From Macrostomum hystrix (Eukaryota > Animalia > Platyhelminthes), in the NCBI GenBank assembly GCA_950097015.1, contig CATNEN010000037.1, positions 2,170,001 to 2,234,000 on the forward strand: a stretch of 64,000 nucleotides of DNA, given 5' to 3'. Positions 62,476 through 64,000 of this stretch are shown here, in pieces. Every line of letters starts with the position of its first letter. The stretch's first letter is position 1. Below the pieces are notes generated by a model that saw nothing but the letters and a program-made list of their open reading frames with translations, did no database searches and was not told the origin of the DNA. The position numbers were made by a program, and so were the translations under genes.

Positions 62476-63254
62476 ACCGATACAGAGTGTTGCCAATGCC
62501 CATGAACCAGATCTGCGACCTGTATTTCCGGGCTAAACACGACCAAAATAATGAAAATGAATCGAACTAGTTATTTTATGTTCCTAGGGTGATTTTGCAG
62601 TTCGCAGTTCGCAGTTTGCACATTGCAAACTGTGCTGTGCAGCTTAGGCGCCGCTTTCAAGACCAATAGTAATAATATACTATAGATATATTAGTACACA
62701 ATAGGGCCGAATGGTTGTAAATAAAAAAACTGCAGTTTCAGGCAATGAGCATATTTTTCTTCTCAGCCTTTTTAAAGCTGTCCGCAGACTAGTTCAAGAT
62801 ATGTCCCCAGCTCATACACACTAATGCGCGTTTTTTAGTATTTAGTATTTTTTGAGTTACGAGCGAAATTTTCTTCTAAACAGACCAACTTATCAACTCT
62901 CTAAATGTACTTCATTTTACTCGACAATATTTGCACAGCAATCGAATAAATTTTTCTCTCCCACTTGTAAAAACGAAAGTATCGAATGCATTTTTTTACT
63001 TTTTTAAATGTCTCTTAAAGAGTCCACTTAAGTAACAATGAAAGAACGAATGCGGCGAAAACGGATACTAGTTAAGATTCTCTCTCAGATCGATTAGAAA
63101 CTTTTTCATTAGGCACCACATGCCGTTCTCTTCTCTCCCATCCCATCGGAATACTTGTTGAAGCCAGTTTATAAAGATAACAACTGTGTGCATTCATTAA
63201 TTAACTTCCTCCAAGTGTATCCTCACACTGTCACCTAAAAATCTTCAAGCCACT

Positions 63255-64000
63255 CCCCTCACTCTCACTCTCACTTTCCTCATCCCTCAGTCTCCTCATC
63301 CCTCACTCTCCTCATCTCTCACTCTCCTCATCCCTCACTTTCCTCATCCCTCACTCCCCTCATCCATCACTCTCCTCATCCCTCAGTCTCCTCATCCCTC
63401 ACTCTCCTCATCCCTCACTCCCCTCATCCCTCACTTTCCTCATCCCTCACTCTCCTCATCCCTCAGTCTCCTCATCCCTCACTCTCCTCATCCCTCACTC
63501 CCCTCATCCCTCACTTTCCTCATCCCTCACTCTCCTCATCCCTCAGTCTCCTCATCCCTCACTCCCCTCATCCCTCACTCCCCTCATCCATCACTCTCCT
63601 CATCCCTCAGTCTCCTCATCCCTCACTCTCCTCATCCCTCACTCCCCTCATCCCTCACTTTCCTCATCCATCACTCTCCTCATCTCTCACTCTCCTCATC
63701 TCTCACTCTCCTCATCCCTCACTTTCCTCATCCCTCACTCCCCTCATCCATCACTCTCCTCATCTCTCACTCTCCTCATCCCTCACTCCCCTCATCCATC
63801 ACTCTCCTCATCTCTCACTCTCCTCATCCCTCACTTTCCTCATCCCTCACTCCCCTCATCCATCACTCTCCTCATCCCTCAGTCTCCTCATCCCTCACTC
63901 TCCTCATCCCTCACTCCCCTCATCCCTCACTTTCCTCATCCCTCACTCTCCTCATCCCTCACTCCCCTCATCCCTCACTTTCCTCATCCCTCACTCTCCT
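63255..64000. repeat. 16-bp pyrimidine-rich minisatellite (CACTCTCCTCATCCCT), >=46 copies, runs off the window
   Basis: Period 16 checked. Confidence 0.95.

Overview
This is eukaryotic (animal) genomic DNA, not prokaryotic: AT-rich GT-AG introns, GC-rich exons and about 24 different tandem-repeat arrays covering roughly 40% of the window. A spiralian such as a free-living flatworm is my inference from this style and a (TTAGGG)n tract; it is not demonstrated. Four intact spliced genes on the + strand were rebuilt by hand with consistent splice phases: TM9SF4 (6 coding exons, ~620 aa), proteasome alpha-7/PSMA3 (2 exons, 252 aa), OPA3 (2 exons, 152 aa) and a D2-like dopamine receptor (4 exons over 23.5 kb, ~580-630 aa). 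On the - strand there is an unannotated secreted neuropeptide-like precursor gene (~18.1-16.5 kb) and the last exon of a multipass membrane protein gene (61.8-62.0 kb). A further fragmented gene at 27-30 kb is possible. Mobile DNA includes an internally deleted Helitron with both termini inside the OPA3 intron (with a nested MITE), a 1-kb TIR element with an 8-bp TSD, a Tc1-like transposase remnant and several copies of a tRNA-derived CORE-like SINE. Most long ORFs in the supplied track are translations of satellites. There is no CRISPR array. Array boundaries and copy numbers are approximate, read by eye.
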